Positions 53,916 to 63,409 of a DNA stretch of 64,000 bases are shown in pieces. The notes below the pieces were generated by a model, which made no database searches, was not told the origin of the DNA, and was given only the letters and a program-made list of their open reading frames with translations. How positions within the stretch are numbered: position 1 is the first letter of the stretch; each line of letters starts with the position of its first letter. Source of the DNA: an uncultured Chloroflexia bacterium (GTDB taxonomy: Bacteria > Chloroflexota > Limnocylindria > Limnocylindrales > CSP1-4); contig CAVYBU010000008.1 in the NCBI GenBank assembly GCA_963766735.1, forward strand, positions 192,001 through 256,000. Direction: 5' to 3'. Made by a program: the position numbers and the translations under genes.

Positions 53916-54610
53916 CCGACGACGACGCGGTCGTGCACGAGGCGTTAGTCGGCGAGGCCGACGTGCGGCCACCATTGCCGGTCGTGTCCGGGTCGGTGGG
54001 GATCCTCGGTGGTACGTTCGACCCGATCCATCACGGCCACCTGGCCATCGCCGAGGAGGCCCGGGAGGCGCTGGGGCTGGAACGGGTGCTGCTGGTCCCG
54101 GCCGCCGATCCGCCCCACAAGCCCGCGCGACGGGTGACATCGCCGTCGCACCGCCTGGCGATGGCCGAGCTCGCGATTGCCGGCAACCCGGCCCTGGCCG
54201 TGAGCGCGATCGAGGTCGAGCGCGGCGGGGCGTCGTACACGGTGGAGACGCTCGAGGCCCTTGCGGTGGGCGGCATCGTGGACCCGTGGCTCATCCTCTC
54301 CGCCGAGGCACTGGCCGGGTTCCCGGCCTGGCACCGGCCGGACCGGATCCTGGAGCTGTGTCGCCTGGCGGTCGTGCCGCGCGGCGGCTACGAGGTGCTC
54401 GATCCGGCATGGGTCCGGGAGCACTTCCCCGGGCGCGAGGCGCGCGTAACGTTCCTGCCCGGGCCGCTCTTGCCGATCTCGGGTAGCGTGGTGCGCCGAC
54501 GGGCCGCCGCGGGCCGCTCCGTCCGCTATCTCGTCCCCGACGCGGTCGCCCACTACATCGCCGACCATGACCTCTACCTTGACCCCCCCAGGAGGATCCC
54601 GACCACGTGA
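53912..54610 (+). CDS. nadD: Nicotinate-nucleotide adenylyltransferase
   Basis: GILGGTFDPIHHGHL, PPHK, SYTVETL, ISGS. Confidence 0.95.
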   Translation: MTDDDAVVHEALVGEADVRPPLPVVSGSVGILGGTFDPIHHGHLAIAEEAREALGLERVLLVPAADPPHKPARRVTSPSHRLAMAELAIAGNPALAVSAIEVERGGASYTVETLEALAVGGIVDPWLILSAEALAGFPAWHRPDRILELCRLAVVPRGGYEVLDPAWVREHFPGREARVTFLPGPLLPISGSVVRRRAAAGRSVRYLVPDAVAHYIADHDLYLDPPRRIPTT

Positions 54611-55032
54611 CCGAACCCAAAGCTTCCGCTGCCCCCCGCCCGGACGGCCTGCCGGCCCGCGAGGCTGCGGCGCCCCGGACCGACGACCGCGCGCCGATGG
54701 ACCTCGCCCGACGAATCGTCGAGCTCGCCGAGGACAAGAAGGCCGCCGACATCGTGCTGCTGGACCTGGGCGAGCTCACGACCCTCGCGGATGCGTTCGT
54801 GATCTGCTCGGGTGGCTCCGAGCGCCAGATCTCGGCCATCGCCGACGGGATCGTCGGGGGCCTCCGGGACGAGGGGACGAAGCCGATCGGCCGCGAGGGC
54901 ACGCCCGAGTCCCACTGGGTCCTGCTGGACTTCGGGTCCGTGATCGTCCACGTCTTCACGCCGCCGGAGCGCGACTACTACGGCCTCGAGCAGCACTGGT
55001 CCGGCGCGAGGATCATCGTCCGCGTTCAGTAG
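54607..55032 (+). CDS. rsfS: Ribosome silencing factor
   Basis: DKKAADI, WVLLDFG, VHVF, YYGLE; follows nadD. Confidence 0.95.
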   Translation: MTEPKASAAPRPDGLPAREAAAPRTDDRAPMDLARRIVELAEDKKAADIVLLDLGELTTLADAFVICSGGSERQISAIADGIVGGLRDEGTKPIGREGTPESHWVLLDFGSVIVHVFTPPERDYYGLEQHWSGARIIVRVQ

Positions 55033-55197
55033 GCTCCCGGGGCCGGTGTTCCGGCCGGTTGGCGTACCCCGGGGTTGGCACGCCCGGCCGGTTGGGTGGC
55101 GGAGGGGGTACTGCTAGGTCATGTCCGGCCGTGTACGGGACTCCTAGCATCCGATCAGGTCGTCGGCCGCTTGGGTTGGCGCCACCGGAGAGACCCG

Positions 55198-55452
55198 ATG
55201 TCGGGCCTGCGCGACAAGTGCCCCGGATGTAGCCGGCGCCTCATCATCACCCGATTCGATACGACGTTCAGGCTTGCCGACCGGACCGAGCGGCTGTGCT
55301 TCGGCATTCCCGGCGGCCTGTGCGAGGCCTGCCACCAGCTGTACATCGATCCCGAGCTGATCGAGATGCTGGACCTGGGCGAGGGACGCTGCGTCTTCGC
55401 CATCGAGAGCGACGTCGTCCTGCAGGAAGAGGCCTGGTCCTCGGCCGACTGA
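55198..55452 (+). CDS. Small YgiT/MqsA-type zinc-finger-like protein
   Basis: CPGC...IPGGLCEACHQLYIDPE; GGAG RBS. Confidence 0.65.
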   Translation: MSGLRDKCPGCSRRLIITRFDTTFRLADRTERLCFGIPGGLCEACHQLYIDPELIEMLDLGEGRCVFAIESDVVLQEEAWSSAD

Positions 55453-55481
55453 CCGGTTCTCATCGCACCTGCGGCCCGAGA

Positions 55482-56531
55482 TCAGCGACGGGTCGCCACC
55501 TTGACCGCGACGTGGTCGTGGAGCCACATCGCGAAGGCCAGCCGGCGCTGGCGATCCGTCCCGGACGCCCCCTCGACCCCCTTGACGGCTGCGTCCAGCT
55601 CCAGGACCCCCTCGAGCGCGTCCTCGAGCTCGGACACCGTCCAGTTGCGAGCGGCCCTGTCCGCCTTCTCCACGCGGTAGGGGTGCACGCCCATGAGCTT
55701 GACAAGATCCGCCGGCGCCCCGTGGCTCGCCTGGTGGTCCGCGGCCATCAGGAGCTCCCGGACACGCGGTCCCAGCTGGGCGAGGATGACGGGCTCCGGA
55801 ACGGTGTCGAGGAGGCGGTCCAGCAGCGGGGTGGCGATCCGGACGTTGCGGTTGCCGACGGCGTCGAGGAAGTCCCACGTGGAGCTGGAGACGACCTCGG
55901 GGACGAGCGCCGCAACGTCGTCCAGGGTCACGGCGCCGTCGAGGCGGTACAGGGCCAGCTTCTCCAGCTCCGAGACGGCCTGGGCGCTCATGGCACGGCG
56001 ATCGACGTCCCCGCCCACGGCGTCGCCACCGACTCGCCTCGCGAGCTCTCTTGCTGCCGGGTTGTCGAGCGTGACGCCCATCTCCCGGGCACGGCCCTGG
56101 ATCCAGCTCGGGAGCTCGTTGGCCTTGGGTGCCGCGAACGCCCGACCGGATCCGCCGGCCTTCCTGACGGCGGCCTCGAGGTTCGTGAGCATCGCGGCGC
56201 GCTTCCGTCCGTCACCCACCTCGACGAACACGAGCGCGTTGCCGGGCGCGACGGTCCTGAGGAGACTCTCGACGGCTCCCTTGCCCGCCTTCGAGCGGAT
56301 CAGCGGTCCAGGGTCCGTCACCACCGCCAGCGTCCCGCCTCCGAACATCGGCGCAGTGGCGACGCGCTCCGCGATGGCCTCGGGCGTGGTCTCCCTGCCG
56401 TTGATCCGCCATCTGTCGGGCGCGGCGCCCGAGTCGCGTTCCATGTCCTTGGCGATCGCCAGCACGGCCCGATCCACGGCCCAGCCGTCGTCTCCCCAGA
56501 AGTAGGCGAGGACCGGCACGTCGAGGCTCAT
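55482..56531 (-). CDS. holA: DNA polymerase III subunit delta
   Basis: YFWGDD, PMFGG, ELEKLALY, HPYRVEK, D-x-x-V-K-G; downstream of comEC. Confidence 0.88.
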   Translation of the reverse strand: MSLDVPVLAYFWGDDGWAVDRAVLAIAKDMERDSGAAPDRWRINGRETTPEAIAERVATAPMFGGGTLAVVTDPGPLIRSKAGKGAVESLLRTVAPGNALVFVEVGDGRKRAAMLTNLEAAVRKAGGSGRAFAAPKANELPSWIQGRAREMGVTLDNPAARELARRVGGDAVGGDVDRRAMSAQAVSELEKLALYRLDGAVTLDDVAALVPEVVSSSTWDFLDAVGNRNVRIATPLLDRLLDTVPEPVILAQLGPRVRELLMAADHQASHGAPADLVKLMGVHPYRVEKADRAARNWTVSELEDALEGVLELDAAVKGVEGASGTDRQRRLAFAMWLHDHVAVKVATRR

Positions 56532-57121
56532 GCGGCGGCATCCCGGAAGGCGCGACGGGACCAGCGGAGGCGGCGAACGTCCGCTGGCCGCACCCCGGCC
56601 GCAGCGCACACGCCCAACTCCAGCTCGCGCGCCCGTGCCTCCAGGAGCTCAGCCTCGGATTTGCTCCAGCCTCCTGCGGGGGAGCGGCGAAGCCACGCCC
56701 CGAAACGCTCCGTCATGGGCTCGAGGCGCTGGCCGGCACGCTTGTCTGCATACGAGACCACCCTGGCCTCGAGCGGGGCCGTGCGAACCAGGGCGCGGTA
56801 ATCCGGACTCGCGAGGCGTGTCACCGGATGGTCGCGGACCACGTCCGCCAGCTCGGGCCAGCCATATGCCTCGAGCCAGGCCGCGGAGCCCTCGCCGTGA
56901 CGGAGCGCGGCCGGGGCTCCGGCAGCGGGCAGCTTGTCGATGTCGTGCAGGAGCGCCGCCACCTCCACCAGCGAGCGGTCCACGGCATGACCGTTCACCG
57001 CCATCCGCAGCGCGAGCCACGAGGCGACGTCCGCCACGGCGCACACGTGGCGGACGTACCACTCCGGCGGCTCCAGGGAGCGCAGCAGGCGGGCGGCCTC
57101 GGACCGGGACGGGATCGTCAT
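56528..57121 (-). CDS. HD domain protein
   Basis: H...ALLHDIDK, HGEG, VRDH, YADKR. Confidence 0.88.
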   Translation of the reverse strand: MTIPSRSEAARLLRSLEPPEWYVRHVCAVADVASWLALRMAVNGHAVDRSLVEVAALLHDIDKLPAAGAPAALRHGEGSAAWLEAYGWPELADVVRDHPVTRLASPDYRALVRTAPLEARVVSYADKRAGQRLEPMTERFGAWLRRSPAGGWSKSEAELLEARARELELGVCAAAGVRPADVRRLRWSRRAFRDAAA

Positions 57122-59654
57122 CGGAGGGATCGTAGCCGGTGACGGATGCGCGGGTGGGGGACAGGGGGGCGGCGGACAGCAAACCTGGCCCCTGTTCGGC
57201 TATTGACCCCGTCGAGGCTGCGGCCGCCAGACTGGTCGGGGTGCCGGCCGACCGTCCCGTCCCGGCCGCGTGCACGACCACTCCGTCCGGGCGCAGGGCC
57301 ACCTCAATCGTTCCGTCCCGGTCGGTTCGGTACACCCGGGCGCCCGCCTCCCGCAGCCGTGCGAGCGCCGAGGGTGCGGGGTGGCCGTAGTCGTTGTCGG
57401 CGCCGACGGAGATGAGCGCGATGGCTGGCCTGGTGACGCCCAGGAGCTCGGCCGACGTCGCGGTTGCGCTGCCGTGGTGGGCCACCTTGAGGACGTCCAG
57501 GCGCGGCAGCCCGCGGGCGACCAAGGCCGGATCGACATCATCCTCCGCGTCACCGGTGAGCAGGAATCGCCGGCCGCCCACCTCACCCAGGAGGATCACC
57601 GAGGCGCCATTGATCGCTCGGCCGGTGGCAGCGGGTTCCCCGGGCACGGTGCCCGGGCCGGGCCACAGGACCGTCAGGCGGATCTCGTCGAGCAGGATCC
57701 GGGCGCCGGCCGCAAGGGTTCCGTGCGGAGGGCCGTGCCGCAGGGCTGCGTCCCATGCCGCCCAACCGGGACCTGACCCATGCATGCCGGGCTCGTAGGC
57801 CCTCCCAACCCGGTACCTGTCCAGCACCCGCACGAGCCCGGCGACGTGATCCTCGTGAGGATGGGTCAGGACGAGCACGTCGATCCGGCGGTCCCACGGT
57901 GGAATGCGGGCATCCAGCTGCAGCAGGAGCCGGTCCGGGTCCGGTCCTCCGTCCACGAGCATCCGGGCCCCGCCCGCGCTCTCGACGAGGATGGCGTCCC
58001 CCTGGCCGATGTCCAGCATCACCAGTCGGGTCGAGCGGCCCGCGGCATCTCCCAGGGCGAGCGTCGCGACACCGACGACGAGTGCCGCCGCCACGGCGAT
58101 GCCGCGCTGGGCCGCGGTCGACCCTCGTCGGGACCTCGACCCGGCAACCGGTGCGGGTCTCGCTGGTGCGGGCGTCCTGCGGGTCCCGTCCCCGCGTGAA
58201 CGGATCCGCCGGAGGAGCATCGGAACAGCGAGGATCGCGATCGCTGCCATGGCCGCCGCCGGAGCCGCGAGACCAGGCGGCAACGCGAGCGCCGCGAACG
58301 GGAGCCCCGCGGCGACCCGCACGAGCGCGACGATCACGTGCAGCACGAGCCAGCCCGGGAGCCCGGCGACCACACCGACCAGCGGCGGTCCCCCGACGGC
58401 GACGAGTCCACCGGCCAGCATCGCCGCGACGCCGCCGGCCATGGCGACCGGCACCAGCGGGACGACGGCAAGGTTCACGGCCGGCGAGACCAGCGACAGC
58501 CGGCCGAAGGTGGCGATGACGTCCGGCAGGGTCGCGGCCTGGGCCGCCAGGGAGATCCCCAGGCTCTCGGCCAGCCACCGGGGCACACGCCCCCCGCGAA
58601 GCTGTCCGATCCACGCCCCGAGCGGTGAGGCCCAGGCGAGCAGGCCCGCCGTTGCCATCACCGACAGGCGGAAGCCGGCGTCGCCGATCATCCCCGGGTC
58701 CACCAGCAGGAGGATTGCCGCTGCCAGCCCGAGGGCGACCGCGGCCCGACCCGCCCGTCCTGACTCGCGTGCCGCCAGGACCACGGCGGCCATCACCGCG
58801 GCCCGGACGACCGACGGCGAGGCACCCGCCGCCACCACGTAGGCCACGATCGTCCCGCCCACGACCACGGCGACCAGGCGCCTCGGTCTCCCGCGCATCA
58901 CCGCGCCCACGAGGCCGGCGACGATGGCGATGTTCCAGCCCGAGATCGCCACGATATGGCTCGCGCCGGCCGTGGCGAAGTCCGCCGCGAGGTCCCGGTC
59001 CACCCGCTCCCGCAGACCGATGAGGATCCCGGCTGCCAGCCCCGCCTCGGGCTCCGGGAGGGCCAGCCTCAACGCGTCGCCGGCCCCGTCCCGGAGCGCC
59101 TGCAGGCTGCCGCCGTCCGGCGGCGTCAGGATGCGCACATCCGATGCCCGGAGACTGCCGGAAGCCCCCGTTCGCCGGAGGTACTCCCCGTAGGGATCGT
59201 CGTCCGGCGGCGGCCGGAGGCGTCCGTCCACCTCCACCTCGGCGCCGGCGGCGAGGACCGGGAAGGCGGGCAGGGTGCCCGCGACCAGCACGTCTCCCGC
59301 CGCCGTGTGCAGGCGTAGCCGCGCGACCTGGCTCCCGTCCAGCGACGAGCTCATGGATTCAACTGACGCCCGCCACGGCCCCGACGTCGTGTCGGGGAGA
59401 CCGGGTGGGGGCGGCGCCGATGGTCCAGCCAGGACGCGCAGCCCGAGCAGTACCATGCCGACGCTCACTGCCGTGACCGCGATCCCGCGCGGACCGGCGA
59501 GGGCGGACCAACCCGAGCGGCCGGCCGCGACCCCGAGCAGCCCGGCGACACACAGCGCCGCCGCCGGCAGGCCAGCGGCGGCCGCGACCGCTCCGACGGC
59601 GACACCCGCGGCGAGCCACACGCTGCGCGGAACACCGGAGCGCCGGGTGGTCAC
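57118..59654 (-). CDS. comEC: DNA internalization competence protein ComEC/Rec2 (3' end uncertain)
   Basis: HIVAISGWN, SVVRAAVM, DIGQGD, THPHEDH, LTGDAE, KVAHHGS, YGHP. Confidence 0.92.
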
Positions 59655-60382
59655 GGGCTGACGGTCACGAGCGCCTGGATCTTCGCCAGCGTGGCCGCAC
59701 CCACGGCCTTCCGGTCGCGGACGTCGTCCAGCGAGGCGAACGGCCGCTCCTCGCGGGCCGCGATGATCTTCGCCGCCGTCGCCGGACCCACCCCGGGCAG
59801 CGTGTCCAGCTGCTCCGCGGTCGCCCGGTTCAGGTCGATGAGGCCGGCGCTCGTGGGCCCTTCCGCGCTGCCACCCCCGGCACCCGCTCCGCCACCGGCA
59901 GCCGCCGGCGCCCCGGTCTCGCCCCGTGCAGGCACGTGGATCTCGTCGCCGTCCCGGACGAGCGCCGCGAGGTTCAGGGCCCGGTCCGCCCCCTCGACAT
60001 CCACGCGCGGTCCGAAGCCGCCCGCAGCGGCCACCGCGTCCGCCACGCGCGAGCCTGCCGGCAGCCGGTAGACCCCAGGCCGGGTGACGGCCCCGCCGAC
60101 CTCGACCACGACCTCGACCTCGGCTTCGCCTGCGGCGATCGCCGGGTCCGCCGACGAAGGACCCGCCTGCACGAGGGCTCCGGCGACGAGGTTCCCCGCG
60201 CCATCGACACCGACGAGTGGCTCGGGCCGCGCGGCCAGGACGAGGGCCGCGCCCGCGATGGCGACGGCAAGGGCCATTGCGCTGATCGCAAGCCAGGGCA
60301 TGCCACGTGTTCCGGCCTCCGCGGCCGGGGGCTCAGGTTCACTGGACTCGAGGACGCGCCAAGGCGCGCTGGAGGGCTCCAC
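59651..60382 (-). CDS. comEA: ComEA DNA-binding competence protein (SLBB + HhH)
   Basis: VGGAVTRPGVYRL, LNLA...DG, IDLNRAT...LPGVG...IIA-x-R. Confidence 0.92.
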   Translation of the reverse strand: MEPSSAPWRVLESSEPEPPAAEAGTRGMPWLAISAMALAVAIAGAALVLAARPEPLVGVDGAGNLVAGALVQAGPSSADPAIAAGEAEVEVVVEVGGAVTRPGVYRLPAGSRVADAVAAAGGFGPRVDVEGADRALNLAALVRDGDEIHVPARGETGAPAAAGGGAGAGGGSAEGPTSAGLIDLNRATAEQLDTLPGVGPATAAKIIAAREERPFASLDDVRDRKAVGAATLAKIQALVTVSP

Positions 60383-60549
60383 GGACGGACAGCTCCCCGG
60401 CGGGCACGGAGGCGGGCGATGGGGTGACCGCCGCCTCGTCGGGGGCACATCCGGCGGGGCGGTGGTCTGGCCGAACTCTATGAGGCGCCACTTATTGGCG
60501 ACTTATCCCTGCGCGGGCGCAGTCCGGCAACCCCGTCTACGATCATTTC

Positions 60550-61224
60550 GTGACCAGCGATCCGTTTCCCAGCGAGCGCGTCGCCGCGATGGCGCGGCGC
60601 ATGCCTGCATACCTCCGCCTGGCGTGGCGCCTCGCCCGCGATCCTCTTCTCAGCCGCGCGCGGCGGGCGGCGGTGGTCGGGGCCGCGGGTTACCTCGCTT
60701 CGCCGATCGATCTCGTGCCGGGAGTGATCCCGGTACTCGGGCAGCTGGACGACCTTGCCGTGGCGTTGGCAGTGATCCGCCTGGCCCTGTCCGGCCTCAG
60801 CCCGGAGCGACGCCGGCTCCACCTGGAGGCAGTCGGCCTGACCGACACGGACCTGTCCGCGGATCTACGCACCATCGGCGCTGCCACGGTCTGGATCCTC
60901 CGCGTCGGCGCACGCACCACGGCCCGGGTGGCGACGGTGGGCGGACGCGCGGCGATCTCGGGCGCAGGTCTTGCTGTCCGGACCTCGAGGGTGATGGCGA
61001 AGAAGTCGACGGGTGCCGCGAAGTCCGCCTCGGGCGCGGCGCGGGCTGCGACAGGCGCTGCGCGGTCAGCATCCGACGCGGCGCGGTCTGCAACAGGGGC
61101 GGCGCGTTCCGCCTCGGGTGCTGCGATGGCACGGATCCCGCGCCGCCGGTTCCGAGACCTGTCCGTCGAGACACTGGCCGTCGAGCAGGAGGGCGACCCG
61201 CCGCAGGAGTCCACGAAGACGTAG
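60550..61224 (+). CDS. DUF1232/YkvA family protein with 7-aa repeat tail
   Basis: YLASPIDLVPGVIPVLGQLDDL; (K/R)-S-A-(S/T)-G-A-A repeats. Confidence 0.85.
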   Translation: MTSDPFPSERVAAMARRMPAYLRLAWRLARDPLLSRARRAAVVGAAGYLASPIDLVPGVIPVLGQLDDLAVALAVIRLALSGLSPERRRLHLEAVGLTDTDLSADLRTIGAATVWILRVGARTTARVATVGGRAAISGAGLAVRTSRVMAKKSTGAAKSASGAARAATGAARSASDAARSATGAARSASGAAMARIPRRRFRDLSVETLAVEQEGDPPQESTKT

Positions 61225-61225
61225 A

Positions 61226-61462
61226 TCAGGCGGATCGACCCTCGAGGCGCGTGGCGGCAGTGCACGCCGCGTCAGAGATTGCGTGGGTGGCCCTGCTGAA
61301 CGCCCGGAGCGGCAGGGCAGCGAACCCCCGCATCCGAGCCGGCCAGGCGGACGTCATGTTCTTATCCAGGTTGGCCAGGAGACGGTGGCGGGATGCCGCC
61401 CGCTCGAGCTCCCGGGCGCGCTCGCGGGCGAGGTCATGGGCAAGCCAGGGGTGCAGCATCAC
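61226..61462 (-). CDS. Small hypothetical protein (77-78 aa)
   Basis: AAAGGAG RBS; GTGA overlap with the upstream microprotein; MLHPWLAHDLARERARELERAASRHRLL. Confidence 0.7.
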   Translation of the reverse strand: MMLHPWLAHDLARERARELERAASRHRLLANLDKNMTSAWPARMRGFAALPLRAFSRATHAISDAACTAATRLEGRSA

Positions 61463-61584
61463 GTTGCGTCTCCTTTCCAGTGGTTCTGCCGCTCGAAGCC
61501 TTCACGGCTCTCGAGGCCGGCAGCCGCGGCGATCGCCCCGAACACGAGGAGTCCGCCCACGAGAAGCGGAATGAGGACGTCCAT
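61459..61584 (-). CDS. 41-aa single-TM microprotein
   Basis: GGAG RBS; MDVLIPLLVGGLLVFGAIAAAAGLESREGFERQNHWKGDAT. Confidence 0.7.
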   Translation of the reverse strand: MDVLIPLLVGGLLVFGAIAAAAGLESREGFERQNHWKGDAT

Positions 61585-61610
61585 AGTTGCTGCTCCGAGT
61601 GTCATGAATG

Positions 61611-61688
61611 GTAACCAGTTTGCTGGCGCAAACCGGTTACGAGAATACCCACTTGCGCGTAACCTGTCAATACCAATAAAATGGTTAC
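61611..61688. promoter_or_regulatory. Two GTAACC-N18-GGTTAC palindromes overlapping divergent sigma70-like promoters
   Basis: Boxes at 61611-61640 and 61659-61688; minus strand TTGACA(61670-65)-N17-TATTCT; plus strand TTGCGC(61653)-N18-TAAAAT. Confidence 0.82.
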
Positions 61689-61696
61689 CACAACAG

Positions 61697-62369
61697 ATGA
61701 GCACCGCAGACGCCACACCCGCCCCCGCCGTCCATGTTCTCGGGCATGCCCACGACGCGGACCTCGAGACGTGCCTCGACTTCGTCAACACCGAATCGCA
61801 CGACGACGGCGTCGCGACCGAGCACCTCGTGACGGCCGAGGATGCGATCGGCTGGTTCGTCCAGCAAGGCCTGGCGCACGAGCACGCCCTCCGCGACCAG
61901 GCGGGGCTGGGTGCTGGGCCATGGCTCGGACGCGTGCATGCTGCCCGGGCGGCGCTCCGAGCTGTCTGGGATGCGCAGGTGGAGCATCGGGTTCCGGATC
62001 AGCGCGTGCTCGACACCCTGAATGCCGTTCTCAGCGAGGCGCCGCGCATCGAGCTGGTCGCCGGCGATGCGTGTTGCGGCATCGGGCACCGCCACGCAAC
62101 GGACGACCCGCTCGGTGAGGCGCTGGCGGGCGTGGTCGGACCTCTGGTCCGCGCGATTGCGGCGGGCGAAACCGGCCGCTTCCGGATCTGCGCGAATGAC
62201 GGGTGCCGCTGGGTGTTCGAGGATACCTCGCGCGGTGGTCGCCGCCGGTGGTGCGAGATGTCCTCCTGCGGCAACCGGGCGAAGGTCCGCCGCTTCCGGT
62301 CGCGACGGAAGGCCGGTGACCCGGCCGACTGCCGCCGACGTCGGCGAGACGCCCGCGACGGAGACCTAG
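61697..62369 (+). CDS. ABATE/CGNR zinc-finger protein, putative regulator; 3' frameshift
   Basis: CLDFVNT; RICANDGCRWVFEDTSRGGRRRWCEMSSCGNRAKVRRFR; alternative frame stops at 62369. Confidence 0.9.
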
Positions 62370-63304
62370 ATCTTCTCGAGGAGCGGCCTGACCTCCGTCG
62401 CGTAGCGCGTCATCGACTCCTCGTCGTAGAGCGACGGGTAACCTGCGATCAGGTGCCGGTACCCGAGCTCCACGTACGGGGCCAGCTTCTCGACCACGTC
62501 CTCGGGCGTGCCGACGGGCTGGTCCGTCCAGTGGCGGGCGACCCGGTTGCGCTCGAACGCCTCGTGGAACACGCGCTCAGCCTCCGCGCGGTCATCCCGG
62601 ATGACGACGACGCCCACGTTCGTGGTCCGTTCGATCTCCGCGGGGTTGCGGCCAACGGTCTCGCAGTGCTGCTTGAGGATCTCCTCCTTGCGCTGCACCA
62701 CCGCGAACCCGCCGCCGATGTTGCACATGTCGCCGTACCGTGCCACCAGCTTGAGGGTGACCTGTTCCCCGCCGCCGCCGATGCAGATCGGCAGGTGCGC
62801 CTGGACGGGCGCGGGGAGGTTGCGCGTGTTCTGGGAGTGGTAGTGGTCGCCCTTCGCCGTCGGCTCGGTGCCGTCGAGCATGCCGCGCATGATCGGGAGG
62901 GCCTCGCCCAGCCAGCGGAGCCGCTCCGGGAACCCGGACCCGAAGTCGATGCCGAAGTCGATGTGCTCCTCCTCGAACCACGCCCCGCCGATGCCGAGGA
63001 TCGCCCGTCCGCCGGAGATGTGGTCCAGCGTGGTCGCCATCTTCGCGACGAGCGCGGGATTGCGGAACGGGTTGGCACCGACCATGAGGCCGATGCGGGC
63101 CCGTTTCGTCGCCTGTGCCCAGGCCGCGATCGTCAGCCAGCCCTCGTAGTTGGGCCCGTGCGAGTCGCCGACGATCGGATAGAGGTGGTCCCAGGTCCAG
63201 AGGCTGTCGTAGCCCAGGGCGTCGGCGCGCACGCCCGCCCCGAGCAGCGCCGGCCACTCGGCGTACTGGTTCCAGCAGAGTGCGCCAATCCTGATGTCGT
63301 TCAT
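62366..63304 (-). CDS. LLM-class (luciferase-like, possibly F420-dependent) oxidoreductase
   Basis: GYDSLWTWDH, RNPALVAKMATTLDHISGGR, IGGGGE. Confidence 0.9.
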   Translation of the reverse strand: MNDIRIGALCWNQYAEWPALLGAGVRADALGYDSLWTWDHLYPIVGDSHGPNYEGWLTIAAWAQATKRARIGLMVGANPFRNPALVAKMATTLDHISGGRAILGIGGAWFEEEHIDFGIDFGSGFPERLRWLGEALPIMRGMLDGTEPTAKGDHYHSQNTRNLPAPVQAHLPICIGGGGEQVTLKLVARYGDMCNIGGGFAVVQRKEEILKQHCETVGRNPAEIERTTNVGVVVIRDDRAEAERVFHEAFERNRVARHWTDQPVGTPEDVVEKLAPYVELGYRHLIAGYPSLYDEESMTRYATEVRPLLEKI

Positions 63305-63409
63305 GGCCCCAGTCTATGCCGCGGACATTCCCGGTGAATGACCCGCGCTGTGCCACGGGCCGGTGCGAGAATGGCTCCCATTGGGATTCGCCCGAACGGA
63401 GTTGCTGCC

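Noticed and set aside
61013-63337. 774-aa ORF suggesting a large CGNR fusion
   Set aside because: Only 61697 to about 62330 has domain signal; the rest is antisense to the LLM gene and the small genes.
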